A DNA stretch of 64,000 nucleotides from a plasmid. The stretch lies in sequence record NZ_CP031419.1. One strand, 5' to 3'. Shown here one piece after another: positions 37,122 to 46,463 of this stretch. A program made the translations under genes and the position numbers. Numbering within the stretch: the first letter of the stretch is position 1; each line of letters starts with the position of its first letter. Under the pieces are notes generated by a model that was given only the letters and a program-made list of their open reading frames with translations, was not told the origin of the DNA and made no database searches.

Positions 37122-38309
37122 CTAGCGTCCGGGCCGCACCAGCCCGGAAGTGGGCGAGTACTTCATCGGGAACAGGCCCGCCAGGGTCGCCGCAAGCTCT
37201 CGATAGGCCAGCACCGTGCGCGGGTGCAGCAACTGCGGATCGATGACGCCGCCCTCGTCGAGGTGACGGTCATAGGGGATCTCGTGCACGGCGTGGACCA
37301 AGTGGTTGAACCACCTCGTTGCCGCGCTCGCGTCGAACATTCGCCGGCCGGGCTGCTGATGGGAGATCACGACGACGGTCCGGGACAGCAAGCCCCGGTA
37401 CAGCCAACGGCGCTCGCCCCGTTCGTCCAGCAATGGGTCCCCGGTCACGGGGTCCTTCGCGAAGGCGGTGTGCAGGTACTCGACCGCCGCCACCGCCTCG
37501 TCGGCGGAATCCTTCTTGGCGTCGAGGGGGATCACCAGCGCATCGGCCTCGTCGAGAACGGCCTGGGTGGCTGGGTGGGTGATCCCGGTTCCGCAATCGG
37601 CCAGCATCAGCGGGAAGTAGTCGCTCGCCAGGTCGACCAGCTGGCGGTAGTCGTGGGCGGAGAAGCTGTCGGCCGTCGCCGGATCGGCTGCCGAGGCCAA
37701 GATGTCCAGGCCCGCCGGTGTCAGTTGCGTGTGAGTGCGCACGTCCTGCACCCGCCGCGGCCGCGGTCCGGCCAGCAGGGTCAACGCCGAGGACTCGGTG
37801 CGCGCCGTTGTCCGGCGTGCCAGGTTGCCCCTATCGGGATTGACGTCGAACGCGATTACGCCATCGGTCCGGCAGGCTGCGAAGGCGTTGCCGATCCCCA
37901 TGGCGGTCGTTGTCTTCCCTGATCCGCCCTTGAGCTGTACCACTCCGATGCGGAAATCGGACTCGATCGCGGTGCGGATTCGCCGGTCGAGCTCCCTGGC
38001 GCGCACTTCGGCGGGGCTCTCTCCGAGGTTCAGCGTTTTGCCCGACATCAGATAAAGCGCACGCCGCCAACCCGATCCCGGAGCTGGGCGAACCGGGTCT
38101 CGGCGCCAGTCCCGCGACTCTGGGGTAACCGCCGCTGACCGATCAGACGACGTGTGCCGCCACTCGCCGGCATGCGCCCGCTGGAGCGGGCTGACGCCCT
38201 GTGCGGGAACGCCGTCTGTCCATAGCCCGCTGTCGGCGCGCCCTCCGTAGGCCGCGGTGTCCGTACTCCACGGCGCCACCACGGGCGGGGGCGAGTACTG
38301 CTTGGCCAT
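37122..38309 (-). CDS. ParA/MinD-family ATPase with ~110-aa low-complexity N-terminal extension
   Basis: 'VVQLKGGSGKTTTAMGIGNA' deviant Walker A; second ParA-like gene in the element. Confidence 0.7.
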   Translation of the reverse strand: MAKQYSPPPVVAPWSTDTAAYGGRADSGLWTDGVPAQGVSPLQRAHAGEWRHTSSDRSAAVTPESRDWRRDPVRPAPGSGWRRALYLMSGKTLNLGESPAEVRARELDRRIRTAIESDFRIGVVQLKGGSGKTTTAMGIGNAFAACRTDGVIAFDVNPDRGNLARRTTARTESSALTLLAGPRPRRVQDVRTHTQLTPAGLDILASAADPATADSFSAHDYRQLVDLASDYFPLMLADCGTGITHPATQAVLDEADALVIPLDAKKDSADEAVAAVEYLHTAFAKDPVTGDPLLDERGERRWLYRGLLSRTVVVISHQQPGRRMFDASAATRWFNHLVHAVHEIPYDRHLDEGGVIDPQLLHPRTVLAYRELAATLAGLFPMKYSPTSGLVRPGR

Positions 38310-38326
38310 CCTCTATTCCCTTCTGC

Positions 38327-38779
38327 TCATGAGGTTTTCGATGAGATCTTGTCCTCGGTCGACTCCGATTGGGTGATCCGCTTGTCGCCCTCGGCCTTCT
38401 CGGCGACGGCCTCTTCGGCCCAGTCCGACCACGCCGGGTAGGACTCCGCTTCGGCCCACCATGCGTTGCGCGCGTCCTGCCACACCTCGACAGAGCAGCT
38501 GAACGAGCGCCGAGGCCGAGTGCCGGCCTGATCCGGGGGTGTGCGCCGACCAGGCGGCAATCGGTCCGGGGCGGGCTCGAACGTGGAGATACCGAGGTTC
38601 TGGCGCGTGCGCGCGGTCTTCTCGGCGAGCGCCGCCTCGAGCCATCCGGTCCAGGTCGGGTACTGGCGGAGTTGCTGGCCCCACTTCTTCTTGGCGGCTC
38701 CCCACACCTCGTCACTGCACGAAAAGTTCTCTCGGCTCCATCGACGTCCCCCCGCCGCGTCGGACTGTGTGTCGGCCAC
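38327..38779 (-). CDS. small protein with two ~37-aa internal tandem repeats
   Basis: 'FSCSDEVWGAAKKKWGQQLRQYPTWTGWLEAALAEKTA' / 'FSCSVEVWQDARNAWWAEAESYPAWSDWAEEAVAEKAE'; GTG start with GAGAGGAAGGAAGAG RBS. Confidence 0.5.
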   Translation of the reverse strand: MADTQSDAAGGRRWSRENFSCSDEVWGAAKKKWGQQLRQYPTWTGWLEAALAEKTARTRQNLGISTFEPAPDRLPPGRRTPPDQAGTRPRRSFSCSVEVWQDARNAWWAEAESYPAWSDWAEEAVAEKAEGDKRITQSESTEDKISSKTS

Positions 38780-38844
38780 AGGCTCTTCCTTCCTCTCGAC
38801 GGCGTCGCAGGCTGGGTCGCACCTGACCGCAGCCGCAGGGTTCC

Positions 38845-38996
38845 ACTGTATCTAAAGGTGCGTCCACACCTAATGGTCCGAGTACCCCCGCCGAGCCTTT
38901 CGGATCTATCGCACCATTAGATACATTAGAGGCATACCAAGTTTACCTGCGGCAACCGTCGCAGGTGAAACCGCAAAACGGATGTTTTAGATACAT
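38845..38996. promoter_or_regulatory. three TAGATACA motif copies in the divergent region (38845-38857 minus-oriented; 38916-38928 and 38981-38996 plus-oriented)
   Basis: CTGTATCTAAAGG / TTAGATACATTAG / ATGTTTTAGATACATC. Confidence 0.55.
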
Positions 38997-39061
38997 CAGC
39001 TACAACGGAACCATTGGGGCTGGTGACCATCGCCGCCCCGCCGCCGAACAAGGAGGCGAAC

Positions 39062-42000
39062 ATGGCGCGGCGAATGCGAAGAATGCAGAGCGAAGGCCAG
39101 CTCAGCCTGGAGGCTCTATGGGGTGACCCGGACCCGGCCCCCTCGACCGTCGACAACCGAAAGGACAATGAGCGCGATGATCATCGATCAGGTCAGGACG
39201 TACTACTCGACGTACCTGCCACAGACGACCGCAGCACTGGACGACTCGGAGGAGTTCTTCCAGGAGCTGAGCGACCAGATCAGCCAGCGGGTCGAGCAGA
39301 TCACGGCGCAGCTCGAAACGAACGCGATCGTGCCGGGGCAGGACTACCTGGAGCGAGTGGGAACGCTGAACACCCTGCGAGCGCAGGCACTGGAATCGGC
39401 GCTGGCGGAGCTGCTGTACTCGACACCCCCGGAAGTCGACGAGGACCCGGAACCCAGCCAGACCGAACGCGACCTGCTGGTGATGCAGCAGGAGGAACGC
39501 GCGGTGGATCAGCGGCTGGAGATGGCACCGGGCAGCCCGGAGGCGATCGAGTGGGATCGCCGGTATCCGCATCTGGTCGAGGAAGTGAACTGGATGCTGA
39601 CCGATCACGGGGAGCTGACGGTCGAGCAGAAGCGCGAGCAACTGGCGCAGATCATGCACCGGCAGGACGAAGCGAGGGCCCGGCTCCGTCCGTAGAGCCC
39701 CGCACCGGCGAAGGTGGGGACGTCCTTCCCGCCGGGGAACGGCATTACCTGATCGACGGGCTAGAAGTCTGGGAAGCAACCGCCAGCGACTCCCAGGAGG
39801 GCCGATGGGAACGTGCCCGCAGCATCGGTACGGCCACCAGCGCTGAGGAAGCCATCCGCTTGGCGCAGGCCGACGCAATGTTCACCCCGGCCGAGCTGGC
39901 AACGCTGCGCTGCAAGGTCGAGGACGAGGCGTACTCCTACGGCGGGTACAACCGCCCACTGGAGATCTTCAACCCCGGCACCGCCCCTCGCTACTTGACC
40001 GAGGGGCCGCTCAAGTCGTTGTCCACCGGGGAGCGGTTCGGCCCGACCTGGCTTCTGGTGGAGTCCTACCTGCGCGCGCACCCGGACCTCTACGACGAGA
40101 CACCCACTTCGGTGGAAGCCCGCCAGGCGCAACGCAGTGCGGCCGTCAAATCGCTGACCACCGAGGCCGCCGAGCACTTCCGGGCCGGCCGACTCGCCCG
40201 CGCGCGAGAACTCGTCGATCAGGCCGAACTCGCCAACCCCTACGAGACCGGGACATACGACGGCATCCGCGCCCGCATCGACCGGCTCGCAGGGATCGTC
40301 GACGAACTCGGGCTCTCGCGACCGCAGGAACGGTTCGACGGGCTGCCCGGGGGCAAGCAGGCACAGGTCAGCGTCGGCGACCACAGCTTCTCCCTCGAGC
40401 CCCGAGGGGGCGGCCGTTGGGTCGTCTACCCGAAAACCGGCGGCGTCGAGGACCAATCCACACTGGCGGAACCCATGCCGACCAGCGAGGTAATGCCGCG
40501 CATTCGGACCTACCTGGCAACTCTCTCCGCCCCGCAGAACCCCGAGCCAGCAGCTCACGCTCCCAGCGCTGCGACGACTGCCGCAGAACCGCGCAATCCC
40601 GCGACCCCAGGGGCTGCCCCGGAGGAACCGCTTCTGATCGTCATCGAGCACACCGCGGAGGGCACGCTCGTCCGCAACACCGACAAGAACAACCTCGAGC
40701 TCCGGCAGGCCCTGCATGACGCCAAGTTCAATTGGTCACGCCCGCAAAAGTTCTGGTACCAGCGGCGGGCAACAGATTTCGCGGTGCGTACCCGTCGAGT
40801 CGGTTACCTCCGGGCCTCGCTGACCAGGCTCGGGTTGCCCTTCACGGAGACGAATCCGGCGAGTGCCTTGTCCGCCACCGCGGCCGCGGACGCCGTTGAG
40901 GTCGCGGCTCCGGAGAGAGCGCACGAGCAGCGAACACCCACTGAAACCCAACGTGATCCGGCAGCGGAGTCGGTGGCCTCCGCCGAGGTTTCACCGACGG
41001 CTTCGAGCACGCCGACGCCGCCTTCACTGTCACCTGAAGGCACTGCTAACACCACGACGGCGACATCGACGGCGGTTCCTACCTCCCGAACCGAACCGCC
41101 CGCCGACCAGCCGGACAGCGCCGCCGGAATTGCCGAAGTCCCGGCACCCGAACAATCGCCGGCTCCGAAGGTCGAGGTGCCACGCTCGACCCAGCGCCGC
41201 ATCGAGGCGAACCTGGCAGCGATCAGGACTCTCCAGCTGGTCGAGGCCGAGAGCCGTCAGCCGACCGACGCCGAGCGGGAAGTGCTGGCGAAGTGGACCT
41301 CGTGGGGTGCTGCTCCCCAGATCTTTGACGCTGAGCGCGAAGAGTTCCGTTCGGACGCCGAGTCGCTGCGGGCCCTGATCGGCGAGGAAGGCTGGAAACA
41401 AGCCAATCGCACCGTCCTCAATGCCCACTACACCGATCCGATGATTGTTCGGGCGATGTGGGACCACCTTCGGGCACTCGGGTTCACCGGCGGTCAGGTA
41501 CTCGAGCCAGGTTGCGGGGCGGGGGCCTTTATCGGGCACGCTCCGCAGGCGGCATCGATGACCGGCATCGAGCTGGACTCCACCACAGCGCGCATCGCGC
41601 AAACGCTGTACCCGCGCGCCAACATTCGCGTCGAGTCCTTCGCGGACACCCGGCTCCCGGAGGGGCACTTCGACGCCGCGATCGGAAACGTGCCGTTCTC
41701 CTCGGCCCGCCTCCACGACCCGGTCCACAACGCCGGCGAGCACACCATGCACAACCACTTCATTCTCAAGTCGCTCGCGCTGACCAAGCCCGGCGGCGTG
41801 GTGGCGGTGGTGACCAGCTCGTTCACGATGGACAACAAGAACCCCGCTGCTCGCCGCGAAATCGCCGCGCAAGCGGACTTTCTGGGCGCAATCCGACTTC
41901 CCAACGGTACGCACCGACGGGTCGCGGGCACCGACGTGCTCACCGACATCCTGATCCTGCGCCGCCGCGACGGTGAAGCCCGCCGACCCGGCGGGCCCTT

Positions 42001-45000
42001 CGAGCTAGCCGTCACCGCCGAGCTCCCGCTGACCCGGGGACAAGGGGAGACAGAATCGGTACTGGTCAACGAGTACTTCCTCAACAATCCGGAGATGGTG
42101 CTCGGTGACCTGCGGGCGGGCACCAGCGTTTACGGTGGGCTCGCGGTCGAAGTGCTCGGCCGCGGCGACCTGGAGCAGCACCTGCGCGACGCGCTGGCTC
42201 GAATCGCCGAACGCGCCCTGTCCGAGGGCATCGCCCATCAGCCCAGGGAGCTGGCCAGTGGCGAGCGTCGGGCAGCCGCAGCCGCTCCCGGTGATCCGAA
42301 CGAATTCCCTGGCCATCTGCGCACCACGGCGAGCGGATTCGAAGTGCTGCACACCGATGGCACCTACAGCGAGCTGAAGGTGCCCAGCACCCAAGCCGAG
42401 GAGCTGCGGGCACTGCTCGGCTTGCGAGACACCGCGGTTGACCTCTTGGAAAACGAGGCCGCCAACGCCGAGGACTCCGACGAGATCGAGGCCCTGCGCA
42501 CGCGCCTCAACCAGCGCTACGACCGCTACGTCGAGCGCTATGGAGCGATCAACCGATGCTCCTGGCATCCGACCGGCCGTGTCGACGACGCCGGGGAACC
42601 GGTGATGTCCGTACGCCGGCCGCCGGTGATGCGGGTGTTCCGCGACGATCCGCACGCGCCGGTTGTGCTGGCCCTCGAGGACTACGACGCCACCACCGAC
42701 AGCGCGGTGAAGATGGCCATCATGCGTCAGCGCGTCGTCGCGCCGCGCAGTCCGCGCCTGGGTGCGGATACTGCCGAGGACGCGGTGGCGATCTGCCTCG
42801 ACACCCACGGCAAGATCGATCTCCCGGTCATCGCGGGCCTGCTCGGCGTAGACGACGACGAAGCCCGCGTCCAATGCCGAGGTCTCATCTACCCCGACCC
42901 CGCCGACAACGGCCGGTACGTTCCAGCGGCGGAATACCTCTCGGGGAACGTGCGGGTCAAACTCGATCAGGCCCGCGAGGCGGCTGCGGCGAACCCGGAG
43001 ACCTACAGCGACAACGTCACCGCGCTCACCGCGGTCATCCCGCCCGACCTCGGACCGGCCGAGATCGACGCCCGCCTGGGCGCGGTGTGGATCGAAGCGC
43101 CCGACGTGCAGGCGTTCCTCAACGAGATCCTCAACGATGACACGATCACCGTCGAGCACACCAAGGCGGGGGAGTGGAAGGTCACCGGCGGCCGTCGCGG
43201 CATTCTGTCGACCCAGGAATTCGGCACTTCCCGCGTCCCGGCGCCCAAACTCGCCCAGGCCCTGCTGCGGCAGGCCCCGATCCGCGTCTACGACCCGGAC
43301 GAGAACGGTGAGGCTCGCATCCCCAACCCCACCGAAACCGAAGCCGCCAACGAGAAGGCCGAGCAGCTCAACGAGCGGTTCTCCGAATGGGTGTGGGAGA
43401 ACCCGGTCCGGGCCGCACGCCTGAGCGAGGAATACAACCGGCGCTTCAACAACCTGGTGCTGCGCAACTACGAGGCCGACGGCAAGATGCTCAGTCTGCC
43501 CGGCCTGTCCAAGGTCTACACCCCGCGTCCGCACCAGCGCGCCGCGGTGGCTCGCATGATCGCCGAACCGAACGTGGGCCTCTTCCACGCGGTCGGCGCT
43601 GGCAAGACCCTCGAAATGGCGATGGGCGTCATGGAGCTCAAACGCCTGGGCCTGGTGAACAAGCCTGCCATCATGGTGCCCAACTCCATGCTCGACCAGT
43701 TCGCCCGCGAATTCCTCCAGGCATACCCGCAGGCGCGCATCCTTGCCGCCGGCACCGAGGATCTGGCCGGGGAGAAGCGGCGGCAGTTCGTCGCTCGCGC
43801 GGCCACCGGGGACTGGGACGCGATCATCCTGACCCGCGGGTCATTCCAGCGCCTCGAGGTCTCCCGCGAGACCGCGCACTGGTACTTCGATCGTGAGATC
43901 GAGCCCCGGCGCCAGTACCTGGCGGAACTGATGTCCGGCAGCGCGAAACGCAGCGTCGTCAAGCGTATCGAAGACGCGATCCTCAAGTCCGAGGAGAAGC
44001 TGAAGAAGAAGCTCGGCGGTCCCACCGATCCGGGCATCACCTTCGAGCAGTCCGGCATCGACTACATCGTGGTCGACGAGCTGCACGACTTCAAGAATCT
44101 GGCTACCGACACCCAGATCGAGTCCGCCGCCATTGCGGGCAGCCAGCGGGCGCAGAAGCTGCACATGGTCGTGGAGTACCTGCGCGACAAGCACAACGGT
44201 CGCGCCATCACCGGCGCCACGGCCACCCCGCTGGCGAACTCGATCACCGAGGCGTACGTCGTGCAGCGCTACCTGCGCCCGGACCTGCTCGAAGAGGCCG
44301 GAATCCGCAACTTCGACGAGTGGGCGGCCACCTTCGGCAAGACCAAAACCGAGCTGGAGATGTCGGTCGACGGCAACTCCTGGAACCTCAAGACCCGGCT
44401 CGTGGGCTTCCGCAACGTTCCTGAGCTGCAACGCATGTTCCATGTCGCCGCCGACGTGAAACTGCCCGAGGATCTGAACCTCCCGGTGCCCAAGCTCGCC
44501 CGCCGTGCCGACGGGCAGCGTGCGCCGGAGGTCATCTCGGTGCCAGCCACCGAGACCCAGCTCGAGTACGTCCGCGACCTCGGGCACCGCGCCCAGATGG
44601 TGAAATCGCGGGCGGTCGACCCGACCCGCGACAACATGCTCAAGATCTCCTCCGACGGCCGCGCCGCAGCGCTGGATCTCCGGCTGGTCAAGTCGCTCGG
44701 CCTCACCCCTGGCGCCGCAGAAGAACAGGGGAGCCCGACGCTGGACACCGCAGAGGGAGCCGCCATTGCCGGATATCTCCACTCGAAATCCCCGAGTCCG
44801 TCTACAGCGAGGTATGTCGCACTGTACGCAGCGCGATCACGCCACGAACCGCAGCGCCAGGAACCGCAGGAGATTGCCGAGGAAGAGTTCGGTCTCAAGC
44901 TCGAGGCGGCGGCGGACTGGATGTTCCAGAAGTGGCAGGCCGCCAAGGATCAGGTCTACCTCGGCCGGGATGGGCAACCCCACGCCCGCCGAGGCGGGCT

Positions 45001-46348
45001 CGTCGTCGCGTTCTGCGATCTGGGCACCCCCGGTGAGGACTGGAACGCCTACGACGAGCTCAAGACGAAGCTCATCGCGCGGGGCGCTCCGCCGGAGCTG
45101 TTCGCCTACATCCACGACGCGAAGAACGACAAGGGCAAAGCGGCGCTGTTCACCAAGGCCCGAAACGGCAGCATCCAGTTCTTGTTCGGTTCCACGTCCA
45201 AGATGGGCGTCGGCGTGAACATCCAAGACCGCATGGTCGCCATGCTGCACGTCGACTGCCCTTGGCGGCCCGCCGATATCGAGCAGCGCGACGGCCGCGG
45301 CATCCGCCAGGGCAATCAGAACGAGGAGATCGCGGTTGGCCGAGTCGTCACCGAAGGCACCTTCGACGCCCGAATGTGGGCGGCCCAGGCGCGCAAGGCG
45401 GCCATGGTCAATCAGTTCATGAAGGGCTCTCTGACCGCCCGCGAGATCGACGACATCGGCGACGCGGCCCTCAACGCCAACGAGGCCCTCGCTATCGCCA
45501 GCGGCAACCCCCTGGTGCTGGAGAAGGCCGAGATCGACATCGAGGTCACCAAACTCGAACGTCTGCGGCGCGCGCACCAGCGCAGCCAGTCCATGCTGCA
45601 AATCCGCATCCGTGATGCCAACGACGCGATCCCCAAACTGGAGGCCGAGATCGACGCCTACACCCGGGCGATCGAGCACCGCAGGCCAACCAAGGGCGAT
45701 GCCTTCGCCGCCAAGGTCAGCGGACGCTTCTACGACCACCGCGGCGACGCCGGCGACGCCTTGGCCGCCCGGCTGCTCAAGCTGATCGAAGACCCCCGGG
45801 CGGTGTGGAAGGAGTTCGAGGACCACGGAGTGGCCGAGATCGCTGGCTTCACCTTGGACGCCCGCAACGTCCCGACGGGCCGCGAAGCCAGGGTGTCGGT
45901 GGTGTTCTCCGACATCGGCGACGATGTCTACGTCACGCTCGACAAGGCGACGCTCCAGAAGGGCGGGACCGCCGTGATGCTCCGCCTGGAGAACGCCGTC
46001 AACGGCTTGGACAAGCGGCTTGAGGTTGCCACCGGGCGGCTCGAAACCGAGCGCACGGAACGAGAGCGCTCCGAACTCCGCCTCGGCAAACCGTTCGAGC
46101 ACAGCGAACGGCTGGATGCGCTCCGGGAACGACAGAAGGAGATCAACAAAGAGCTGCTCGGCAGCAAGGAAACGGAGACCGAGAACGCCTCGACCGATCC
46201 GGCGACGGCGCCCGACGAGGCCGAATCCATCCGGTCGGCCGCAATGCACGACGCCGCAGCAATGGTTCACCAGATGGGAGGTGCCGCAGTGGTCAACAGC
46301 CCCAGTGGGATCACGATCATCAGCGATCGGGGCGGGCGGGCTCGGTGA
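39062..46348 (+). CDS. giant N6-adenine DNA methyltransferase / SNF2-family helicase (DarB-like antirestriction-type protein); 5' end uncertain
   Basis: MTase motif I 'VLEPGCGAGAF' and motif IV 'GNVPFS'; helicase motif I 'AVGAGKTLE', II 'VVDELHDF', VI 'QRDGRGIRQG'; AAGGAGG RBS before ATG 39062, but 39170-39695 of this frame is low-complexity while the +1 frame is protein-like. Confidence 0.8.
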   Translation: MARRMRRMQSEGQLSLEALWGDPDPAPSTVDNRKDNERDDHRSGQDVLLDVPATDDRSTGRLGGVLPGAERPDQPAGRADHGAARNERDRAGAGLPGASGNAEHPASAGTGIGAGGAAVLDTPGSRRGPGTQPDRTRPAGDAAGGTRGGSAAGDGTGQPGGDRVGSPVSASGRGSELDADRSRGADGRAEARATGADHAPAGRSEGPAPSVEPRTGEGGDVLPAGERHYLIDGLEVWEATASDSQEGRWERARSIGTATSAEEAIRLAQADAMFTPAELATLRCKVEDEAYSYGGYNRPLEIFNPGTAPRYLTEGPLKSLSTGERFGPTWLLVESYLRAHPDLYDETPTSVEARQAQRSAAVKSLTTEAAEHFRAGRLARARELVDQAELANPYETGTYDGIRARIDRLAGIVDELGLSRPQERFDGLPGGKQAQVSVGDHSFSLEPRGGGRWVVYPKTGGVEDQSTLAEPMPTSEVMPRIRTYLATLSAPQNPEPAAHAPSAATTAAEPRNPATPGAAPEEPLLIVIEHTAEGTLVRNTDKNNLELRQALHDAKFNWSRPQKFWYQRRATDFAVRTRRVGYLRASLTRLGLPFTETNPASALSATAAADAVEVAAPERAHEQRTPTETQRDPAAESVASAEVSPTASSTPTPPSLSPEGTANTTTATSTAVPTSRTEPPADQPDSAAGIAEVPAPEQSPAPKVEVPRSTQRRIEANLAAIRTLQLVEAESRQPTDAEREVLAKWTSWGAAPQIFDAEREEFRSDAESLRALIGEEGWKQANRTVLNAHYTDPMIVRAMWDHLRALGFTGGQVLEPGCGAGAFIGHAPQAASMTGIELDSTTARIAQTLYPRANIRVESFADTRLPEGHFDAAIGNVPFSSARLHDPVHNAGEHTMHNHFILKSLALTKPGGVVAVVTSSFTMDNKNPAARREIAAQADFLGAIRLPNGTHRRVAGTDVLTDILILRRRDGEARRPGGPFELAVTAELPLTRGQGETESVLVNEYFLNNPEMVLGDLRAGTSVYGGLAVEVLGRGDLEQHLRDALARIAERALSEGIAHQPRELASGERRAAAAAPGDPNEFPGHLRTTASGFEVLHTDGTYSELKVPSTQAEELRALLGLRDTAVDLLENEAANAEDSDEIEALRTRLNQRYDRYVERYGAINRCSWHPTGRVDDAGEPVMSVRRPPVMRVFRDDPHAPVVLALEDYDATTDSAVKMAIMRQRVVAPRSPRLGADTAEDAVAICLDTHGKIDLPVIAGLLGVDDDEARVQCRGLIYPDPADNGRYVPAAEYLSGNVRVKLDQAREAAAANPETYSDNVTALTAVIPPDLGPAEIDARLGAVWIEAPDVQAFLNEILNDDTITVEHTKAGEWKVTGGRRGILSTQEFGTSRVPAPKLAQALLRQAPIRVYDPDENGEARIPNPTETEAANEKAEQLNERFSEWVWENPVRAARLSEEYNRRFNNLVLRNYEADGKMLSLPGLSKVYTPRPHQRAAVARMIAEPNVGLFHAVGAGKTLEMAMGVMELKRLGLVNKPAIMVPNSMLDQFAREFLQAYPQARILAAGTEDLAGEKRRQFVARAATGDWDAIILTRGSFQRLEVSRETAHWYFDREIEPRRQYLAELMSGSAKRSVVKRIEDAILKSEEKLKKKLGGPTDPGITFEQSGIDYIVVDELHDFKNLATDTQIESAAIAGSQRAQKLHMVVEYLRDKHNGRAITGATATPLANSITEAYVVQRYLRPDLLEEAGIRNFDEWAATFGKTKTELEMSVDGNSWNLKTRLVGFRNVPELQRMFHVAADVKLPEDLNLPVPKLARRADGQRAPEVISVPATETQLEYVRDLGHRAQMVKSRAVDPTRDNMLKISSDGRAAALDLRLVKSLGLTPGAAEEQGSPTLDTAEGAAIAGYLHSKSPSPSTARYVALYAARSRHEPQRQEPQEIAEEEFGLKLEAAADWMFQKWQAAKDQVYLGRDGQPHARRGGLVVAFCDLGTPGEDWNAYDELKTKLIARGAPPELFAYIHDAKNDKGKAALFTKARNGSIQFLFGSTSKMGVGVNIQDRMVAMLHVDCPWRPADIEQRDGRGIRQGNQNEEIAVGRVVTEGTFDARMWAAQARKAAMVNQFMKGSLTAREIDDIGDAALNANEALAIASGNPLVLEKAEIDIEVTKLERLRRAHQRSQSMLQIRIRDANDAIPKLEAEIDAYTRAIEHRRPTKGDAFAAKVSGRFYDHRGDAGDALAARLLKLIEDPRAVWKEFEDHGVAEIAGFTLDARNVPTGREARVSVVFSDIGDDVYVTLDKATLQKGGTAVMLRLENAVNGLDKRLEVATGRLETERTERERSELRLGKPFEHSERLDALRERQKEINKELLGSKETETENASTDPATAPDEAESIRSAAMHDAAAMVHQMGGAAVVNSPSGITIISDRGGRAR
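39177..39695 (+). CDS. hypothetical protein encoded in +1 frame inside the annotated 5' end of the giant ORF
   Basis: 'MIIDQVRTYYSTYLPQTTAALDDSEEFFQELSDQISQRVEQ…' has normal protein composition, unlike the overlapping frame; ends TAG 39693-39695. Confidence 0.45.
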   Translation: MIIDQVRTYYSTYLPQTTAALDDSEEFFQELSDQISQRVEQITAQLETNAIVPGQDYLERVGTLNTLRAQALESALAELLYSTPPEVDEDPEPSQTERDLLVMQQEERAVDQRLEMAPGSPEAIEWDRRYPHLVEEVNWMLTDHGELTVEQKREQLAQIMHRQDEARARLRP

Positions 46349-46367
46349 CCTTGACGATCACCTATCC

Positions 46368-46405
46368 GCATACGGTGCGGCGGCCTGCGCGGCCGCACCG
46401 TATGC
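46368..46405. other. 14-bp perfect inverted repeat GCATACGGTGCGGC-N10-GCCGCACCGTATGC just after giant gene (terminator or element-end structure)
   Basis: read directly; no U-tract. Confidence 0.35.
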
Positions 46406-46463
46406 CACGTTGTTGCTGGTGGGAGTGGGAAATGTGGTTGCGGGGTGTGTGAGGATTGTCGGT

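Larger units (their letters stand above)
1500..46410. mobile_element. plasmid-like / integrative mobilisable element (boundaries approximate; left end may lie outside window)
   Basis: contiguous rep-iteron-parAB-parS-recombinase, mobC-relaxase-oriT, primase, anti-restriction MTases, TA, element-specific repeated promoters; housekeeping hisG begins right after. Confidence 0.5.

Noticed and set aside
46020-46463. Upstream in-frame extension of hisG
   Set aside because: Overlaps the end of the giant gene; HisG homology begins at the ATG at 46464, which has an RBS
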